64,000 bases of DNA from Basidiobolus meristosporus CBS 931.73 (GCA_002104905.1 MCFE01000075.1:119341-183340); one strand, 5' to 3'. Shown: positions 39,955 through 55,646, counted from the stretch's first letter. Notes: generated by a model not told the origin, from the sequence alone. Numbers and translations are program-made.

Positions 39955-40503
39955 ATGTCCAGCTTCGATCAAAAGACTCTTCAGAAGGTTATCAAGGAAG
40001 GTGGTAAGAGAGGTGTCGAGATCCAAGGTGTCGCCGAGATGGGTGGTTTGGAATTCTTCTGCACCAAGCTCGATGAGCCCAACGGTAACGTTGAGCTTTT
40101 GGTTGAATCCATGAAGGCCATGAACGCCGAGGTCGATCCTAGCGAGGAGGAGCGCAGAGGTGGTTCCGGTGCCGTCGGTAAGATGATCTTCTCCATCAAC
40201 AACGAGAAGGTCGCCGTTGTCGCTTACGTCCCCAAGGACAAGGCCGACAAGATTGACATCAAGGACTGGCTCTTGGCTGCCCTTACTCCCTTCGATGGCA
40301 AGGTCTTGTCTGTTGAAGGTGATATCGCTACTGGTGAAATCCTCGCCAACCCTGACAAGGGTGTCTTCACCCTCAAGGTCAGAGATGAGGCTCTTCCTTT
40401 GGCTATTGCCTACCTCAGATCCAAGGGTCTCTTCCCTGAAGCCGACTCTGACTCCGACTCCGATGTCGCTTTCGGTGATGACTTCGACTTCGATGCTTGT
40501 TAA
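39955..40503 (+). CDS. Uncharacterised 182-aa protein, single exon, strongly biased codon usage, acidic C-terminus
   Basis: Clean ORF starting at AAC-ATG. Near-exclusive use of AAG, ATC, TTC, GTC/GTT and GGT codons. AATAAA-like signal downstream. Confidence 0.85.
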   Translation: MSSFDQKTLQKVIKEGGKRGVEIQGVAEMGGLEFFCTKLDEPNGNVELLVESMKAMNAEVDPSEEERRGGSGAVGKMIFSINNEKVAVVAYVPKDKADKIDIKDWLLAALTPFDGKVLSVEGDIATGEILANPDKGVFTLKVRDEALPLAIAYLRSKGLFPEADSDSDSDVAFGDDFDFDAC

Positions 40504-42367
40504 TTTTTGTACTCTTTACCAAACCCAATTGTTACAAAAACGAATAATAATAAATTTATTCATTAATAAGCGAACCACTTCGCGTCTCCCACCAATCGAT
40601 GTTGATGCCAATGCACCTGATTCTAGTTTGCTATCGCTGACACACCCTATGGGGTTTACCAGATGCACCATTTGTGAAACTGCTCGTAATGTCGGACTTG
40701 CAACACGAGAGGCATCGGATGGTCAATGACTTCGGGGTGGATAGGGAGCCTCTGTTTACTGCGCTCTACTTTGAATCCTTCAAGGCGAAGACTTTTCCTG
40801 TAGAATCACGCGCTTGCAGACAGCTGTCTATAATCGAGAAGAAATAACCCTTCTTCACCCAGAAGTCGCGTGGACGAGCAATTCAGGATTTTGTGATGGT
40901 CTTGAATGTCGTGAAGATCAGTGAAAGGAGGCAAAAACACAACATAAAAAATCAGACCGTACGAGTCAGCCTATGGTATATTCTCGCCCAAGCCCTTGGC
41001 TGGTTGGGGAGTGCCCGGAATCGACACGAGTATGATATACCACATTCTATGGGGTAATTCATGCGGCCTCGCTGCAATGTCGGAGTGTATGCGCCATACG
41101 TATCGTGACATGCTAGCAGTTCTATAGCATCGCAGCAACTAGAGGCATGAAGGTTTCCCCATTTCTAGGTGCGCCACACGATAACGACAACATTTATCCC
41201 AAGATCACTGGTTGATGTTTCATGCTTGAAATAGATCAAACGATACCCATCTACCAACACAACAATGGTTCGTCCTCGCCTTCAATTGAAAACCACCACG
41301 AGAGAAGTGCATACTATCGATTGCATATAATCGAGCCCATCTATCCCTCAACGATTACAAGCGATAGATTCATTTCATGCACATGGAGTGATGGCAGTTG
41401 TGATTCCAACACTTATGGCTTGGTTTGCTGAGCATCTGCGACACATCACGGAACCAAGTCCCTGGTTTTCTCTGAGGCCGATCGGGCGATTCTATGACAT
41501 CATGAGAGCAAGGAAAACATTGTACTGTATGGTATGCTGGAAGGCAATGCCTTTAAGCCAATCCATGGCTGTACGTGTGTGAATCACTATTGTATTCAAT
41601 GAACTCACCTCTCGCGCTAGTCCCGGAATAGAGCCAACGGAAAAAATTCTTCCGGCGTACCTTGAATCCTTGCTGCCTGCATGGATCGTAGATCCGTCAA
41701 ACATGCCTGTATGCGGCAAACCTAAGCCCTCCCATGCTGGCCAATTGCCACTGTGGCTGGGAATGGCAAAGGGGGCCGGGGGCGGCGGAGATCCTTTGTC
41801 CGGCTCTCTTGGCAGTGTCTCTACATCTCTTACGAGCGCGTTTCAATGAACGTTGTAGTGGAGGAAGTTTCAGAGGCCCAGAGGGTTGTCAAATTCACGG
41901 GATTCCAGTGAGATAGTAATGTCTGGAGTCCAAGGTGAGATGTATCAACGGTTATGTCATCTCTGAAACCATTAAAAATAAAGTTTATGCGATAGCTATC
42001 TTCTTCATATCAACCAAATCACACCCGGGGATGGCATACTGGCCAACTGGATCCGTTGGATAAGTGGAAGCACGCATATCATACTAAGTTTTGTCATTAA
42101 GCCTGCATGAATCTCCAAAGGGTGGAGTATTTGAAGTGGATGTACTACACTTGGAAACCTTCATGTTATATATTTCAATACCACGATTATACGAAGCTCG
42201 CTTTTTTACATAAATTTATGATGCCTTTATGACGACACTGGCAGATTTGTAACGGTGTCAAAACCAAAGGTCTGTATATAACTAGCTGGCGGGCGATATC
42301 TGTAGCTGCACAGTTGTTTCTCTCAAACTCCTATCTTTACAGATTTCAATACTGTTCAGATCAAACC

Positions 42368-44072
42368 ATGAATACCACTAGCCGCGACTCTAGATATAAA
42401 GTATTCGACAAGTATGCGCTGTTTAGCAACTTCACCGCACTCATCGCGGGCCTGAATGCAGGGTACAACTCTGGCGTGCCCAATATTTCTCAGGATGTGA
42501 TCCTCGAGTGTCCCCCCGCCACCACCGGGGCCTATTTCCCCGACTGCCTGCCGATGGAGCCACTCGTCTGGTAGTTACAATTGAGATCCACCACATTAGC
42601 CGAATGCAAATGACTAACCATTTATGCGATTAGGGGCTTTGCCGTGGGCGTGTTCGCGATCGGTGGCCTGATTGGGAGTATAGGTGCAGGATATATAACA
42701 AGCACCATTGGACGTCGAAACACGCTCTTGTGGAATAACGTGGTTTTTGTGGCTGGAGGCTTGGCTCTGGCAATGTCGACCACAACCGTCCTATTTGTGA
42801 TCGGTCGTCTCTTGGTGGGGATTGGCAGCGGGGTTGCTGGAGTCGCCATCCCCACATACATCGCTGAGACATCCACAAATCGCATGAGAGGCACTATGGG
42901 CATACTATTCGAATCCTCGCAGATGCTCGGCATCTTGCTGGCTCAGGCGTTTTGTCTATTCTTCAATGGCGTCCCAGGGTGGAGATGGCTGATGGGTGCG
43001 ACGATTGCCCCTGCCGCCATTCAGGCCGTATTGCTTTGCTTTTGCAAAGAAACCCCTCGCTATCTCATCATGACCGGCAGACTTGACGAGGCCAAAGATG
43101 TTTTGGAGAAGCTTCGATTCGGATACGATACCGAAAACGAGTTCCAGGAGATGTTGGATGCCCAGCGAGGTGATAGTTCCACTCCTACCAGCTCTACTCA
43201 GCTATGCTCAAGTAATCCTAGCACCTGTGTCTTGGATAGTGATAAGGAGTATGAGGAGAAAACCATCATCCCATGCGAGGGCTTAAAGGGGAAATCGCTC
43301 ACTGAAGTCACCGAAGAGGAGAGGCAAGAGGTTACTGTGGTGACCGCTCTAAGGCCTCTTAACATACTGGACGTGCTTCGGGACCGTTCCCTCAAGAAAT
43401 TCAGCATCATCAGCATCATCCTATTCGCCTTCCAGCCTCTGTCCGGAATCATTGGAATTATTTATTACTCGCAAAGTATTTTCAAAGATGTCTTCGGTGC
43501 TGAGAAAGCGTCCTACGTCACAATTGGCATTGCCATCATCAACTTGGTAATGACCTCGGTTTCAGCTGTGATCATTGCTCGCACCGGTCGCAAGCTTCTC
43601 CTCCTGATCAGTGCTAGTGGGATGGCAGTCATGGCGGTGACCATGGTACTTGCGTCCCTATACAATATCGAGATGCTGGTGGTCGTCTCATGTAAGATTC
43701 CAAATTCTATCAGATGGATATATAGAGTTTTCCCTAACATCCAGGCCTCTTTTTTCTCAGCACTTCTCTACGTTGCTGCCTTTGCTATCGGAATGGGCCC
43801 AGTGACCGTCACCATCATCCCAGAAATCATGCCAACCGTAGCGGTCAGTGCAGTTGTAGGGGCTGCAACAAGTATAGGATGGATGTAAGTTGGCACATGA
43901 ATTCATTCGTGTGGAGTATCACAATGCTAATGTAGCTTCTAGCGGTACATTCTCCGTCGGCCTGATCATTCCTACCATGAAGCAGTACATGGGCTCCTAT
44001 ACTTTTCTTGTCTTTGCAGTTATCAACATCATCGCCACCATTTTCATCAAAATGTTTGTGCCCAATGCATAA
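42368..44072 (+). CDS. MFS sugar porter (GLUT-like), multi-exon
   Basis: GYN.GV.N, ..GRR, GR...G...G, P.YI.E.S...RG..G, ETPRYL, QPLSG...I.YYS, GRK.LLL, FA.G.GP....I.PEI.P. Confidence 0.9.
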
Positions 44073-44485
44073 TCAAGTCTCATCAAGATATCGAAAAACA
44101 TATGAAGCACTAGACAATGACTACCATCAAAAGCTTGTAAATAAGAGAGAGCATCAATCATAATTCATATATATCTTCCATCAATAAATGCCGGCTTCTA
44201 TCTCAGCTTTTGCCCTCGGTGGCTTAGACGACCTGGATTCCATTGGCTTCTTCAATGCCTTTTCCTCCAACGGATTTGGGGCTTTGAGCAATCATTCGAT
44301 GACTCTGCTAATTTAGCAACATATGACCTTCAGTCATTCCACTAGTCTACACACGTCAATAAGAATAAAGTGACTTGCTAGATCTTGGGCTGTATCTGCA
44401 TACTCGAATGACCCACAATGCTTGGCATCCACCAAATGCTCGAAGTATTTAACGCGAGTGTAAAATCCCAAGCAGTTAGTCCGAT

Positions 44486-44959
44486 ATGTTGCTCAAATTC
44501 ACTCTCAGTTCTCTTCAATTTCTTCTTTTTGCGAGCATTATCGGCGCACAAACCGGTGTTCAGAGCAACACATATACTAACACCACTTCCACAGTATGGG
44601 TGACCGCCACCTCCTCATTCGATTCTGATGACACAACCATTACCTCAACTGTGACTGAGACTGCTACAGAACCTTTTACCCAAAGTACTCCTACTGCCAG
44701 CTTTGATACCACTGTTACTGTCACTGTCACAGCCTCCGAGCGTCAATCTTCTGCACACGTTTCCTACACCACCGTGACACAAACAGAAGGCTCCATGTGC
44801 ACAGCCACGGTACATCCCTCTGACTCATGTCAACATGGCCAGTATCGTTGCAACGGAGATGACTTTGACCAATGCGTTTATGGTAAATGGGTTACACGAC
44901 AATGTGCAAGCGGCACCAAATGTCGCCCATCCAAGAAGATCTATATTCTTTGCGACTGA
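44486..44959 (+). CDS. Secreted Ser/Thr-rich protein with a C-terminal CBM19-like chitin-binding module
   Basis: Hydrophobic signal peptide, T/S-rich stalk, C..G.Y.C....F.QC..GKWV...C..GT.C. Confidence 0.7.
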   Translation: MLLKFTLSSLQFLLFASIIGAQTGVQSNTYTNTTSTVWVTATSSFDSDDTTITSTVTETATEPFTQSTPTASFDTTVTVTVTASERQSSAHVSYTTVTQTEGSMCTATVHPSDSCQHGQYRCNGDDFDQCVYGKWVTRQCASGTKCRPSKKIYILCD

Positions 44960-45304
44960 GCCATGGTCCACGAGTTGAAATTTGAATTATTGCTTTTTAA
45001 TAAATTGCCAAGTCTGATCTGCACACAATATCCACCTGGTTTCCCACCGAAAAATCATCGTCCTGGGAATGTCTGATCGATATCTACCTCTCAGATCTAA
45101 TACCCGACCCGTGTGAAAGTTGGTGGTGAGAACTTGCATCATTGGAGCAGATATGATATGGAGTGGACAGACAGCAGTCACATGTGCCTTATGGGCACCA
45201 ATTGATTCTATCCACACAAACTGCTAATCTTCTCATGCTCACATGATGATGCGACAATATAAATTAACTGTGTCTATCAATGGTCTCGATAATCATCTGA
45301 CAAA

Positions 45305-46606
45305 ATGAAAGTTTCCAACGGAGCCGCTCCTGAAAAATCCCTTCGCATAACCCTTTTATTCTCAGTAAACGATGGAGTCGGTGCCCTTGATGAGGCCCTC
45401 AAGGTCATCAACGCACTTAACGTTTCTTTGACCCGTATCGAATCGCGCCCCAGCAGCACTAGCGACTGGGATTATGACTTTTTCGTCGACTTCTTGGCTA
45501 GCGAGCTAGCGACTGTTGAAACTGTTGTCAAGTCCCTGGAAAAGGTATCCGGAAATGTCAAGGTAGTCAGCACTGGAGCCACCAACCCTGCTGGGAATAG
45601 CACTCCTTGGTTCCCGAGAAAGAAGTCTGACTTGGACAGCTTTGCCGACAAGGTGCTGGAGATGGGCGAAGAGCTGAGCTCAGACCATCCAGGCGCCAAG
45701 GACCCTGTGTACCGTGCTCGTCGTGCCGAGATCACTCGTATCGCCCGTACTTACCGCCATGGAGAGCCACTGCCAAGAATCGATTACACGGAACAGGAGG
45801 TCGCCACATGGGGGGCAGTTTTCCGCAAGCTTACGGCAATGTACCCAACCCACGCCTGTCGTGAGCATCAGTACGTGTTCCCGTTGTTGGTGGAGAACTG
45901 CGGGTATCGTGAGGACAATATCCCACAAATCGAGGATATCACACGGTTTTTGAAGGATTGCACAGGGTTTACTCTGCGCCCGGTCATGGGATTACTCACA
46001 TCAAGGGATTTCTTAAACGGCCTTGCGTTCCGAGTGTTCCATTCCACACAGTACGTTCGTCATCACTCAAAACCCCTGTACACACCTGAGCCCGACTGCT
46101 GCCACGAGCTTTTGGGGCATGTGCCGTTATTCGCAAATCAGGATTTCGCTGATTTTTCACAGGAAATTGGTTTGGCCTCACTAGGTGCCAGCGATGAAGA
46201 CATCGAAAAGTTGGCCACCATCTACTGGTTCACAGTGGAATTCGGCCTGTGTAAGCAGGGCAACGAAGTCAAGGCATTTGGGGCTGGTCTACTGTCCTCC
46301 TTTGGAGAGCTGGAATACTGCCTTTCAGACAAACCCACAACGCTACCATTCGACCCATCCAAGGCTGCAGTTCAAAAGTACCCCATCACAGATTACCAGC
46401 CAGTATACTTCGTTGCTGAGAGTTTCAAAGACGCCAAAGAGAAGGTGCGGGAGTTTGCTCGTAGCCTGAACCGGCCCTTCGACGTTCATTACAACCCCTA
46501 TACCGAAACCGTGGAGATTCTGGACACTCGTGATAAAATGGTTAAATACGCGCACAACATCAAGAGTGATCTGCAGACTCTAGTCAATGCATTGGAAAAG
46601 TTATGA
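45305..46606 (+). CDS. PAH: Phenylalanine 4-hydroxylase (ACT domain plus biopterin-dependent catalytic domain)
   Basis: [25 protein letters not shown]...[37 protein letters not shown]. Confidence 0.93.
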   Translation: MKVSNGAAPEKSLRITLLFSVNDGVGALDEALKVINALNVSLTRIESRPSSTSDWDYDFFVDFLASELATVETVVKSLEKVSGNVKVVSTGATNPAGNSTPWFPRKKSDLDSFADKVLEMGEELSSDHPGAKDPVYRARRAEITRIARTYRHGEPLPRIDYTEQEVATWGAVFRKLTAMYPTHACREHQYVFPLLVENCGYREDNIPQIEDITRFLKDCTGFTLRPVMGLLTSRDFLNGLAFRVFHSTQYVRHHSKPLYTPEPDCCHELLGHVPLFANQDFADFSQEIGLASLGASDEDIEKLATIYWFTVEFGLCKQGNEVKAFGAGLLSSFGELEYCLSDKPTTLPFDPSKAAVQKYPITDYQPVYFVAESFKDAKEKVREFARSLNRPFDVHYNPYTETVEILDTRDKMVKYAHNIKSDLQTLVNALEKL

Positions 46607-46788
46607 GTAGAAGTGTTTATAGTCCCTAATAAAATCTCCATAACGATGACATTTAGTGTTTATATTTCCTGAGCTCTTCATAACGATGACATTGGATACT
46701 CATGATCGAATGGGCGAATACACACACAACATTAAGAGCTTATAGTTCCTAACAAAATCCTCATTTATTTGCACCGGTTAGAGATATA

Positions 46789-48924
46789 TCATGCATGTGA
46801 ATGGTCATATGATTGCTTCATGAGCTGGCTGATGCTTTCGACCCATTGCTGGGCGTTTCCAGTGGGGTCCTCGAAGTAATGGGTTTTGTTGGGCTGGAGA
46901 ATGCGGTCAGTAACGAGAGCCAAACAGTAGAGGGGATTGGGTAACTCACCGTATGTACAAAGAAATGTTTCTTATTTTTATATTCAGGGAGCAGACGTTT
47001 GGACCAGGCGATCTCTCCCGCTTGAGTCATCTTCTCCTCGTTGATGTAGATCAACCGTGGGAAGTCCGTTAGAAGCAGAACGCGCTTCTTGGAGAACAGC
47101 CCCCGTCGCTTAGTCAGCTTGCCGCATCTGACGATCAGCTCCGACTCCAGTAGGAAAGGAGACCTATTAACGGTTGGTTCAATATCCATACACACAATGC
47201 GATGCCGTTCTTACCATTTGGATTTTCTTTGCGCTTCGAGCTTTTGCGCCCTATCCGGGTCATTGGCCTGGTCGATCGAGGCTCTTGGTTCCTGGAATGG
47301 ATCCTGCTCGGTCAATGAAGGCTGTGTAGGTGGATGGGTGTAGTCTGGCTCTGTGCTACGCAGCTCCTCGGCATTGTGTTCTGGGTTGGGCGGTAAGTAA
47401 GGAACCAACTTGGGTGCCTCTTGCTTATGAAGATCGTTCCAATCTATTCCCTCGAAGAACGGATGCTTTTTCAGCTTTTGGATACCATCCGAGTCACATC
47501 CCAGGCGTTGCTGTGGATCAGCGACCTGCCACGAAAAACCACGTTAGCTCACTGGCCGCGATTCGAACTGGACGAGACGAGCCTACCAGCAACCGCTCGA
47601 CAAGATCTTGCGCGGTTTTTGGGAATCCCACTGGGAAGCTGTATTCTAGTTTGATGATCTTTTGGAAGGTCTGGTACTCGTTTGCTCCTTTAAATGGCGG
47701 TCTTCCAGCTAGGAGCTGATACAAGATGCATCCCAAGGCCCAAAAATCTGCGCTATCTAGGAGTTAATAAACCGTGGAGGATAGTCGGTAACCACAATTA
47801 CCAACCTTTTACTGACTTCTTTGTCGGTCAACAGCTCAGGCGAAACGTATTCGGCTGTACCCACAAACGAACTGGCTCTCCCCTCCACTGGTGAAGAATG
47901 TTACTGGCAACAATCTAAGATTCTGGCGTGGCTAGGGGAACTTACTCAGCTCATCAGATGCGGCCTCTGGGGGGTCGTCCACCATCTTTGCAGTGCCAAA
48001 ATCGGTCAATTTAATGTGCATCTTGTGATCAAGAAGAATGCTGCATGCAATGAAATTAGCAGACATTTCAGCTGTAATCGATTTGGTGAGCAGTTACTTT
48101 TCCGGCTTTAGATCCCTGATTAGACAATAAACATGAGCTTGCGTTATTTGTGTAAGTCACCATGCCAATCTCATACCTGTGAATGATTCCTTGCGAATGA
48201 ATGTATTCCATAGCAGTGATTATCTCGGCTGCGTAAAAGCGCGTGCACTTTTCATCAAATGAGCCAAGCTTTACAAAGTGATAAGAGAGTGAGCAACGAA
48301 AGAGATGCGCTTCACTGATCTAATGGTTGGATACCTTTCGGATGTACGAAAGGAGCTCTCCATTCTGAGCGTAATCTAGGACGTAATCTGTGAAGCGGTA
48401 GTCAAGGAAGTACTCTATTCTTGTTTGTGAAGTGAAAACTGGTTGGCAAAATGGATACACAAACTCGAGTTGTCTTGAAAAGTGAAATGCAACCGGACGA
48501 TGAAGGGATGATGCAGCTTGCTCAAGGTACTCTTCTCGATGGTAACGTATTTCACCTTCTTCTCCTTTATAATGTGTCGCTTGTCCAGTACTTTTACCGC
48601 AAACTCTCGACCTGTATTATACTCCATTGCCGAATATACCTATTCGTCAGAGGGCTCAGCAGTGAATTGCATTTGATGTTGTATGAGAAGGCCTACTGTT
48701 GAATATGAACCTTCTCCAAGCACACGTCCAAAGCTGAAGTCTTTGGGAGTTCTCTTACGAGAAGCAGACGAAGAAGTTGCCTTGAGCTTAGTGGTAGGCT
48801 CAGGACTCTCTTCCTGTGCTGAAGAAACGGTGGGAGACTCCTTAGGAAGGCATCTCTCCTCCTGGTCTTCAGCAGGTTGCTTTGAATCGGTGCTTGAAGA
48901 AAGCTGTTGTGGCGTCTCGTGCAT
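46789..48924 (-). CDS. PDK1: PDK1/Pkh/Ksg1-like AGC kinase with C-terminal PH domain, multi-exon
   Basis: FGRVLGEGSYSTV, AVKVLDKRHIIKEKK.KYV.IEK, FVGTAEYVSPELL, GKL.KRRGLFSKKR.LLLTD.PRL.Y. Confidence 0.93.
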
Positions 48925-49167
48925 CCTTTGGAGTAAGGCTACAGAATCTTTACTTTGAAGACAGGAAAAGCTTGGACCAAATAAGGATACTTTGGTGAGA
49001 CCTTAACAGAAAATCAAGTGTGCAATGTAGTGTTTGCTGTCTATTTACTTTCCCTACAAATCCATCTAATAATCCATTGAATATTTATTCAATCAAAATC
49101 ACCATAGTATTTTTATTTTACTTGCCATGATTTCCCTTCGGAATCCTGTCCTTGTCGTTCGCGAAAT

Positions 49168-52411
<3,244 letters not shown>

Positions 52412-52772
52412 ACCAAAAGCTGGTCATTAAATGATCCGTTGCAGAAGTGCTTATCTGGATCAGGCAATAGATCAGGCAATATCCGATAAAGATAGAAATT
52501 CTAGAGTCGTGGAGAACGGCAGAGAGTGGCTGACTATTAGTGAATATATGAATAAATTAATCATGCACTCGCACACTCCATTTATGTCATAACCAGCCAA
52601 CTGTCACCCACTTACGTATATATTAGATGGTGATGTATTTATAGATTGGTAGCCATAATAGGATATGATGCAATCCTAATGTTTGATCACATTAAGCTTG
52701 TATAGTTTAATAGCGTTTGTTGACATTGGATATGGTAGGGTCTAGCGTTTCTGGAAGATCATTTGTTTCCTT

Positions 52773-52862
52773 GCGTGGATGTTGTTACCGTATTGCTCGC
52801 GTCTGCGTAGACGTTGTTACCGTATTGCTCGCGTCTGCGTAGACGTTGTTACCGTATTGCTC
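52773..52862. repeat. 32-bp tandem repeat, about 2.8 copies
   Basis: GTTGTTACCGTATTGCTCGCGTCTGCGTAGAC at 52781 and 52813, with a partial copy at 52845. Confidence 0.95.
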
Positions 52863-53149
52863 TCAGCACCACTCTTGAACCCACACCGCCAACATCAGAC
52901 CAATCATACTCGTCATAGACTCCAGTCTCCTTATTGTGAGCGTGATAGTCATACATACCTACCCAGGCCAAGCAAGTACAGATCTATTGATCTTACTATA
53001 TATGGAAGGAACTTTCGTAGCTTCCCAACATCTGTATACATACTAATCAACTTCCATTTTTCTCTTTATAAAACCACGAGGTGCTGTCGCCGATGCCTAT
53101 TCTACCCTTGCCTTTCTAATTTTTCGGTGTACATCGACCTGTCACATAG

Positions 53150-54358
53150 ATGTCGAGCTCACGTATACAAGAGCCGCAAAACTCTTATAATCCATATAAC
53201 ACACGCCAACCCGATAACCATGGGAGGTTCGTCCCAAGTTCAAACAACGCTTGGTCAAGAAACGGTGCCCAGTACGAAATGAAGCCATTAGACCCCGCAT
53301 ACAACGGCCAAGGGAATTTCCACCGATTTGTTAGCTCAATTCGAGGCTCGAAAAAAAACAAAACATGCTTCTTCATAGGGCTGTTCATCTTCATACTAAT
53401 CCTTGGTGGTGCCATAGCCGCTGCCGCCATTCTGATACCCAAGAGTCGAAAGGACAAAACCATTCATTACGAGACCGACGCTGACGGATACATCGTGTGG
53501 AACAAAGATCCATCCTTGGTCCGTTCGTTCTATGGGATAGGATACACTTCGGAAAGCTCGCAATATCCTTATTGCGGTCTTACTCAAGAAGAGGTGATCG
53601 AGGACGTCAAGATCCTTTCCCAGCTGACACACCGTATCCGTCTCTACGGTATGGATTGTCACCAGGCCGAGTATACCCTAGAGGCAGTAAGACGCTTAAA
53701 AGCAGATACCAAGGTAACATTGACCATCTGGGTTGACGACAATGATGTTACATACAAGCGTCAGTATGATGAGTTCTTCCGGCTCCTGCAGAAATATGGC
53801 ACCAATTATATTGACGCAGTATCTGTTGGCAACGAAATGCTATTCCGCGAAGAAGTCACTCGAGCCAAGCTCTATCAGTATATTGCCGACGTTCGCTCCA
53901 AGGTTCAGAGCTTGGGGTACAACATCCCTGTTTCGACCACCGAGCTTGGAACCAACTATAATGCTGAATTACTCTCAAAAGTGGATGTTGGTATGGCGAA
54001 CATTCACCCTTACTTCGGAGGAACCACGGCTGAGAATGCTGCCAACTGGACTTTCACCTACTTGGAGGAAGAAGTCAAAATCAACGCTAAACAGGGCCAA
54101 GATGTGATCATTTCTGAGGTTGGCTGGCCAACGGAGGGCGCGTCCGAAAAATCTGCTGTTGCTAGTGTGAAGAACCAGCAAAGGTTTATGAACGATTTCG
54201 TTTGTGAGGCCAACAGAAGAGGAGTCAAATATTACTGGTTCGAAGCGCTGGACTTGAAATGGAAGACCAAGACGTGGACTGTCCTAGAGGGACATTGGGG
54301 AATGTTCGATGAGAAGAAAAAGGCCAAGATCACGCTACCCAATTGCCCACTAGAATAG
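53150..54358 (+). CDS. GH17 beta-1,3-glucanase/transglucosylase with an N-terminal TM anchor (BtgC-like)
   Basis: SFYGIGY, RIRLYG.DC.Q, VSVGNE.LFR, MANIHPYFGG, ISE.GWPT.G, YYWFEA.D..WK, E..WG.FD. Confidence 0.92.
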   Translation: MSSSRIQEPQNSYNPYNTRQPDNHGRFVPSSNNAWSRNGAQYEMKPLDPAYNGQGNFHRFVSSIRGSKKNKTCFFIGLFIFILILGGAIAAAAILIPKSRKDKTIHYETDADGYIVWNKDPSLVRSFYGIGYTSESSQYPYCGLTQEEVIEDVKILSQLTHRIRLYGMDCHQAEYTLEAVRRLKADTKVTLTIWVDDNDVTYKRQYDEFFRLLQKYGTNYIDAVSVGNEMLFREEVTRAKLYQYIADVRSKVQSLGYNIPVSTTELGTNYNAELLSKVDVGMANIHPYFGGTTAENAANWTFTYLEEEVKINAKQGQDVIISEVGWPTEGASEKSAVASVKNQQRFMNDFVCEANRRGVKYYWFEALDLKWKTKTWTVLEGHWGMFDEKKKAKITLPNCPLE

Positions 54359-54374
54359 TATGTACCTACCACTT

Positions 54375-54396
54375 TAACCCCTAACCCTAACACTAA
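54375..54396 (-). repeat. Short interstitial telomere-like tract (TAA CCCCTAA CCCTAA CACTAA on +)
   Basis: Three units read directly; orientation is opposite to the distal array. Confidence 0.4.
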
Positions 54397-54760
54397 TTTA
54401 TATGCCTTACAAGATTGGAAGTTCCCGTTTTTGTGTTGTGGAGCATAAATGTATTTTGTACCACCAACAACTCTATAATAACCAGTGCTATTTATATACA
54501 TGTATATTTTCTCATGGATAATTGTTAGAATATTGAATAATAACCTGGGATTTGGCTCGTGCTAACCAATATTTTTTGTGGTGTAGTTAGGAAAGGCACT
54601 ATTGATATCAACACTTTCAGTGCTACTTTTCAGAAGGGTATTAATATTTTCATGTAGATTTTGGAAGGCTCTATGCAGAGTTTGGCGCCATTTGGGTTGG
54701 TTTGTAGCTGATGGTTAATCCCTTGTCTTTCTGAAAGCAAAGAAAACTGCAGAAGGTCTT

Positions 54761-55007
54761 CTAGTATAAGCAGGACCTAGGAGGCCTAATTGTTATAACT
54801 GAGAACAGTAAACTGGTAGCAAATGGTGCCAAGGAGAGGAGTGGGTAGGCCAATAGAGCACAAAGCAGGGGACATACCAACTGCTTACAACTATGGTAAG
54901 GTTTTAGGGAGTATTGAAAGTGGCTTAGTGAACTAGAAGAATTTATAATGCTCACTTGGTATTTATTGAGCTTAGATAAGCTGTTTGTACTTCAGGAAGC
55001 TTAAACT
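54761..55007 (-). pseudogene. Highly degenerate LINE-like RT C-terminal relic
   Basis: KQLVCPLL....YPLLSL resembles KQFVFPVLEFGLPLLSL of the distal RT. Confidence 0.3.
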
Positions 55008-55155
55008 TGCTGTAAGAGTCTTGGAGATATTGGAAGTGATTTGGGAGGACAAGTAGATTATGTGGTTTTCACTTGATGATTTATTGAATATAAAAGTAGT
55101 ATTTATACTTTGACATGGTCTTGGCATTACAAACACATAGAATAGGTTTAGAAGG
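55008..55155 (-). repeat. Partial copia LTR (3' part), inverted
   Basis: Reverse complement of ~9670-9810 and of 55500-55646. Confidence 0.85.
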
Positions 55156-55298
55156 AGGCAGCTGGGAGCTGAAGTTGTAGGAGGAGTAACAGCCAGTAGC
55201 TTGTGGAGTGCCTGTTTTGCCAGGATAATTCTCTTCTTCAGGTGTGCTCCAGAGTCTAGTCCAGTAGGAAGGAAAGCAATGCCAAGATGTGTAGCAGA
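55149..55298 (-). mobile_element. Internal fragment of the telomeric-array RT element (family A)
   Basis: Near-identical to 58044-58192 (FLPTGLDSGAHLKKRIILA.QALHKLLAVTPPTTSAPSCLL). Confidence 0.9.
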
Positions 55299-55646
55299 TG
55301 TTGTAAAATCTGTAATTCCACCTAAATATTCACCTAACTTAGTCACTTAGAGCATTACCTTCAAATCCTAGAGAATGCTGACCAAATTTCTTGTCAGGAT
55401 TTACTTAGAATATTTTCACCAAAATACCAGGTACCCAGAACATGAAAACTCTCAAAGTTGTCCAAACAGCCCCAAACATTGCACACATGTTCTTAGGACC
55501 TTTCTTGACCTACTCTACTTGTTTGTTAAGCCAAGACCATGTAAAAGTACAAATACTACTTTTACATTCCATTAATCATTAAGTGAAAAACACATAATCT
55601 ACATGTCCTCCCAATCACTTCCAATATCTCCAAGACTCTTACAACA
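55299..55646 (+). repeat. Copia LTR
   Basis: TGTTGTA...TACAACA termini; homologous to 9462-9892. Flanks differ, so there is no TSD. Confidence 0.88.

Noticed and set aside
40560-42360. Small ORFs such as 41388..41582
   Set aside because: No homology cues, codon bias or convincing splice structure.
52773-52862. CRISPR-like 32-bp repeat
   Set aside because: No spacers, eukaryotic context, no cas genes.
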